A program made the position numbers and the translations under genes. From Trichodelitschia bisporula (lineage: Eukaryota): DNA of 64,000 bases. Below are positions 60,301-64,000 of the stretch, piece by piece; the stretch's first letter is position 1, and each line of letters begins with the position of its first letter. Under the pieces are notes generated by a model. It saw only the letters and a program-made list of their open reading frames with translations, was not told the DNA's origin and did no database searches. The DNA lies in NCBI GenBank assembly GCA_010356995.1, contig ML996694.1:991224-1055223 (forward strand), given 5' to 3'.

Positions 60301-62183
60301 CCACCGCCTCCCCGCCATCATCACCACCTCCCCCTCCTCCTCCTCATCCTCCCCCACCATCCACCATCACCACCGCTGTCCGTTTATCGACATCTCTCTT
60401 ATAGTTGCAATACTTTCATCACATATTTCCTCACCCCGATCTGCAATCCTCCAACGATGCCCGCAGCTAGTGAGGAGGATGTGCAAGCTGTTCGAAACGA
60501 GACGAGCAATGGAACAAGGGAATAATTGCAAATACTTTGGGCCTCTCATGAACTGGATCGAAGTTGTGAGATACCCGTGGCAATGGCATACCACAGTAGC
60601 CACGTAGGGCCCCGCGTTGGATTTTGCACGCACACACACCTCACACACACACCACAACTTCCCGATGGTCCTTCGTTTGGGCGCAACAGAAGAATTAACT
60701 AGGCGCTTAATCTCCTCCCTAAACTTTGCAGCGTTTGCATCCCACACCACACCCCCATCAACCGCTGCACACGACGCATCCCTTTCTTCAATCCTTGTAA
60801 CATATCACCTAGTTCATCCACTTACCTGGTCCCCAGATTCCCAGGATTGTTGCATATTCGCGGCCACATCTTGCTTTGCCCTTTTTGCCCATTGCCCGTT
60901 GTCCTTTTACTGTTGTGCTGTTGCTCCCCTATGCTTGGGTTGTCTTGGGCTGAGGTTATTCGGCTCGATAGGTCTGCTGCTTGCTTGCTGCCGAGCTTCT
61001 GCCGCGCCAATACACTGACTGCCGGTGCTAATTGCTTGCTTGCTTGCTTGCCCGACTGCTAACTGCTGCTTCCGCTGTTACTGTACCGCTAACTGCTCAT
61101 GCATTGCTGCCGTTACCGACCGCTGCTTGGCTGCTTCTACTGGTCCTGCTACTAACTCGTCCTCCGTTGCCTTGCCCCGTACACGATCACACACACCCCC
61201 CCCCCCCCCCCCCCCCCCCCCACCCCCATACACACGCATTCGCTGCAGTACCCGAAGTAGTTCAAGCAGAACCCGACGATGCGAATCTCGGCTGTCTGCA
61301 CGCGCAGTCAGGGCGGCTATAGGCTAGTGGCGATATCCAGTTAGTTCCCATCCTACCCAGCATTGGCTCCCTCAGCTCCCCTTCTCGTTCATCTTAGGCC
61401 GTTAGCTCTTTCGAGCATCCTTGCCCGGCTGGCTGGTGCCAGTGGAATGGTGCTCCTCCGCAGGTTATGCAGCTTGCTGGCTGCCGATACGAGCACTCGA
61501 TGTGGCCCTATATCTATTCAGAGCCCCCTCCGCTTCGACCGCACCACTACTTATGAGCCATGAAGCCCCCGCGGAATTCGATCAAATCTCCAGTTTCGAC
61601 CTCCTCATCTTTCGACCATCTGCCATTGAGCTTGCCTTGCTGGTAAGCTTATTCCAAACTCAATTTTAAATTCTCCGTTCCTCCCTCGAAAGAAGGTTGC
61701 AGTTTGCTGAGACCCTTGCTCAGGTCCCTTTCGTCTTGGGAAGAAGTCAGCCACCGAACTGCACATCACCACTTCGGTTTGCATTCAAGGCGCGCCGTTC
61801 ACCTCACCCCCTCGGCCATTACCAATTAAACCCGCCCGTTAAACCCCAAAACTTCCCCGCAATCCAGGGTACGGTCTCCCAGAAGGCGCCAATTCTTTCG
61901 GCTAGGCTGCGTTGCTTGCGACCCGCACCTGTGGCTGGGTTGCCGTTAGCAAAACCCTTGGATCCACTGATTCAGCAATTTCGGCTCCTCCCCCGTTTAT
62001 AGATCGAGCATCCGGCTCCCGCTATAAACTTGGCGTGTCCACCAGAAAGGTCTGACCATCAGCCTTATCACCAACCTCTCCCAACGCTATAAAGCTCGGC
62101 GCCTTCCCCACCTCCTCCCCCTCCTTTCTCTGTGCAACAACCGTCTCTCCCCTCCCCCTCACCACCCCCCACCCCCTCCAACC

Positions 62184-62990
62184 ATGCCCCGCGTATCCCC
62201 CGACCGCGCCTCCTTCAACGCCCTCAACCTCCCCTCCGCCGCAATCCCCGAATGGATGGGCTCCTTCATCCTCTCCGCCCCACCAAACACAGACCTCTGG
62301 CGCAAGCCCCCCGCAGCCGACACCTCCACCGCTCCCATCCTCTACACCGCCCTCCGCAACCCCTTCGTCTCCGCCGAAGTCACCGTCTCCGCCGACTGGC
62401 GTCTAGAATGGGACCAGGCAGGCCTCGTCATCTTCGCAGGTAATCCGCCCGGCCGCACGCCTTCCCCTCCCACCGCTGCCCAGCAGCAACACGCCGCCCA
62501 GCAACAAGCCACAAACCCCAGCGCCGTCCCACCGCCCGCCTACAACCACGCCCCCGCCGCGAAATGGGTCAAGCTCGGCCTGGAATTCACAAACTCAACC
62601 TGCCACGCCAGCTCCGTCGTCGCCACCGCCGACGGCGCCGACTGGTGCGTGACCACGCTTCCGCGCTCGCAGGCCAGCCGCGCAGAGCTCCGTGTCAAAA
62701 TGGAACGCATCGGCCACGCCCTCTGGCTCTACTACAAGGAAGAAACAACCTCCTCCGGGTCCGACACCGCGTCCTCGACCCCCCCTCCGCCGGGCTCCAA
62801 CGGCGGCTGGAAGAAGCTGCGCGAGGTGACGTGGTTCTTCTACGGCGTTGAGGACAAGAATGTGCGCGTGGGCGTGTATGCGAGCAGGCCTGCGAACTTT
62901 GCGCCGTCTATGTGGGAGAGCCGGAATGGGGGACAGAGCATCACGCAGTCGAATCTGCGCGTTGAGTTCGAGGACTTGGAGATTTTTTAA
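62184..62990 (+). CDS. DUF1349 (ConA-like fold, Ree1-related) protein, 268 aa
   Basis: Motifs TDLWRKPP, TAPILY, LEWDQAGLVIF, KWVKLGLEF, ADWC, LREVTWFF and VGVYASRP. Two upstream CGCTATAAA boxes (TATAAA at 62023 and 62088). Confidence 0.9.
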   Translation: MPRVSPDRASFNALNLPSAAIPEWMGSFILSAPPNTDLWRKPPAADTSTAPILYTALRNPFVSAEVTVSADWRLEWDQAGLVIFAGNPPGRTPSPPTAAQQQHAAQQQATNPSAVPPPAYNHAPAAKWVKLGLEFTNSTCHASSVVATADGADWCVTTLPRSQASRAELRVKMERIGHALWLYYKEETTSSGSDTASSTPPPPGSNGGWKKLREVTWFFYGVEDKNVRVGVYASRPANFAPSMWESRNGGQSITQSNLRVEFEDLEIF

Positions 62991-64000
62991 AGATGAGGAG
63001 ATGGGTTGAGGGGCGAGGGGCCCGGCTTGCGGCTGAGGTGTGCCGATGCTCGCGATGCTGCTCACCGCCCTCAGCGGGTCGCCTCCTGGCGCGGGGCGCG
63101 GAGTCAGCGCCGGCGCGACCCGCGCCACAGTCGGTACCGCACGTCGCGGCGGGCGCGTCGCATCGCTAGCGGGGCGCCACGCCGTTGGGACCCTGGTTTC
63201 CTTCCCTTTTTGGGTGCTTTTTTGCTTATGGCGGGCGGGCATGGCATGGGGGCGTTTGTTGGATATGGATTTCGATTGACGGCGCTTGTTTTGCGATGCT
63301 CTGCGCGGGTCGGTGATGGGTGAAGTGGTTATGCGCTCTCCTGTCTGCCCCCGGCAGATACCACGCCGCCTCTGATGCTTGCGAGGCAGAAGGCACGTGC
63401 CAGGTCGCAGGGCTGAGGACGTGTGGCGCGAGAGGCCTTGGGCAGTCGCGGGACGGGGCGCGTGGCGCGGAAGGACTGAAACACAAATACACCATCAGCC
63501 ATGGGATCGCCCTTTTTGTCATCCCTTTTTCGGCGTTTTTGACACGGGCATGTGGCGTTTATAGGCTGTGGGGGGCTTGGGGTCTGGACCCCCCGTTTGG
63601 GCTATTTGCATTGACGGTTCGTTTTTTTTGGTTGCTTGTGAGTTTTCTTGATCATTGGGGCGCGGAGTCGGTAGATGCTGCTTTGTTGGGCTGGCTGGTT
63701 GTTATGACTTCAGTGCTAGGGGTGGAGAGGGGGATGTGTGCTCTCTGTTTTTGGGCGGTAGGCGCGGTGCAGCGAGCATGGAAGAGAATGGTCATATCGG
63801 TGCTGCGTTGGTGGCTGGCGGATCGCGAACAAGCAGCGATAAAAAAAAGTTTCTATCCTAATAACCCTCACGAGTCCTCCGAAATCCACCTTGCATAGTA
63901 TTGGCCGCGCCGTTGTGAACCCCACCCCCCCTCCCCTCCACCCAACCAATCCCTCGCCCGCCCTCGCGGGACCAACATCCAACACCCAATACTCCGTACT

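Noticed and set aside
60820..60830. ACTTACCTGG resembling the U1 snRNA 5' end
   Set aside because: The following sequence lacks recognisable U1 stem-loops and an Sm site. More simply a minus-strand splice-donor consensus or chance.

Overview
GC-rich genomic DNA from a filamentous ascomycete (Pezizomycotina), shown by short GT..(CTAAC/CTGAC)..AG spliceosomal introns and fungal gene families. About 15 well-supported protein genes: DUF3429/TMEM69-like mitochondrial protein, glycerol kinase, a 66-aa Cys-rich protein, WBP2-like protein, polyQ class-3 lipase, DUF3433 membrane protein, a single-pass membrane protein, peroxisomal thiolase, two hypothetical proteins, MRP10, a transporter-like/DUF3431 protein, MRH4 helicase, a VelC-type velvet protein and a DUF1349 protein. 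Most notable items not visible in the ORF track: (i) a spliced 99-aa chromodomain ORF at 17526-17172 heading a decayed coding island with two minisatellites; (ii) a fold-back of two head-to-head Ty1/copia RT fragments at 29153-29509; (iii) a 17-kb stretch without recognisable genes upstream of velC; (iv) a recurrent C-rich to G-rich switch along coding strands. There are two assembly gaps (about 8.3 kb and 18.3-18.4 kb). I saw no rRNA, tRNA or CRISPR array. All family calls come from motif recognition and no database search was run. Exon boundaries were read by eye.
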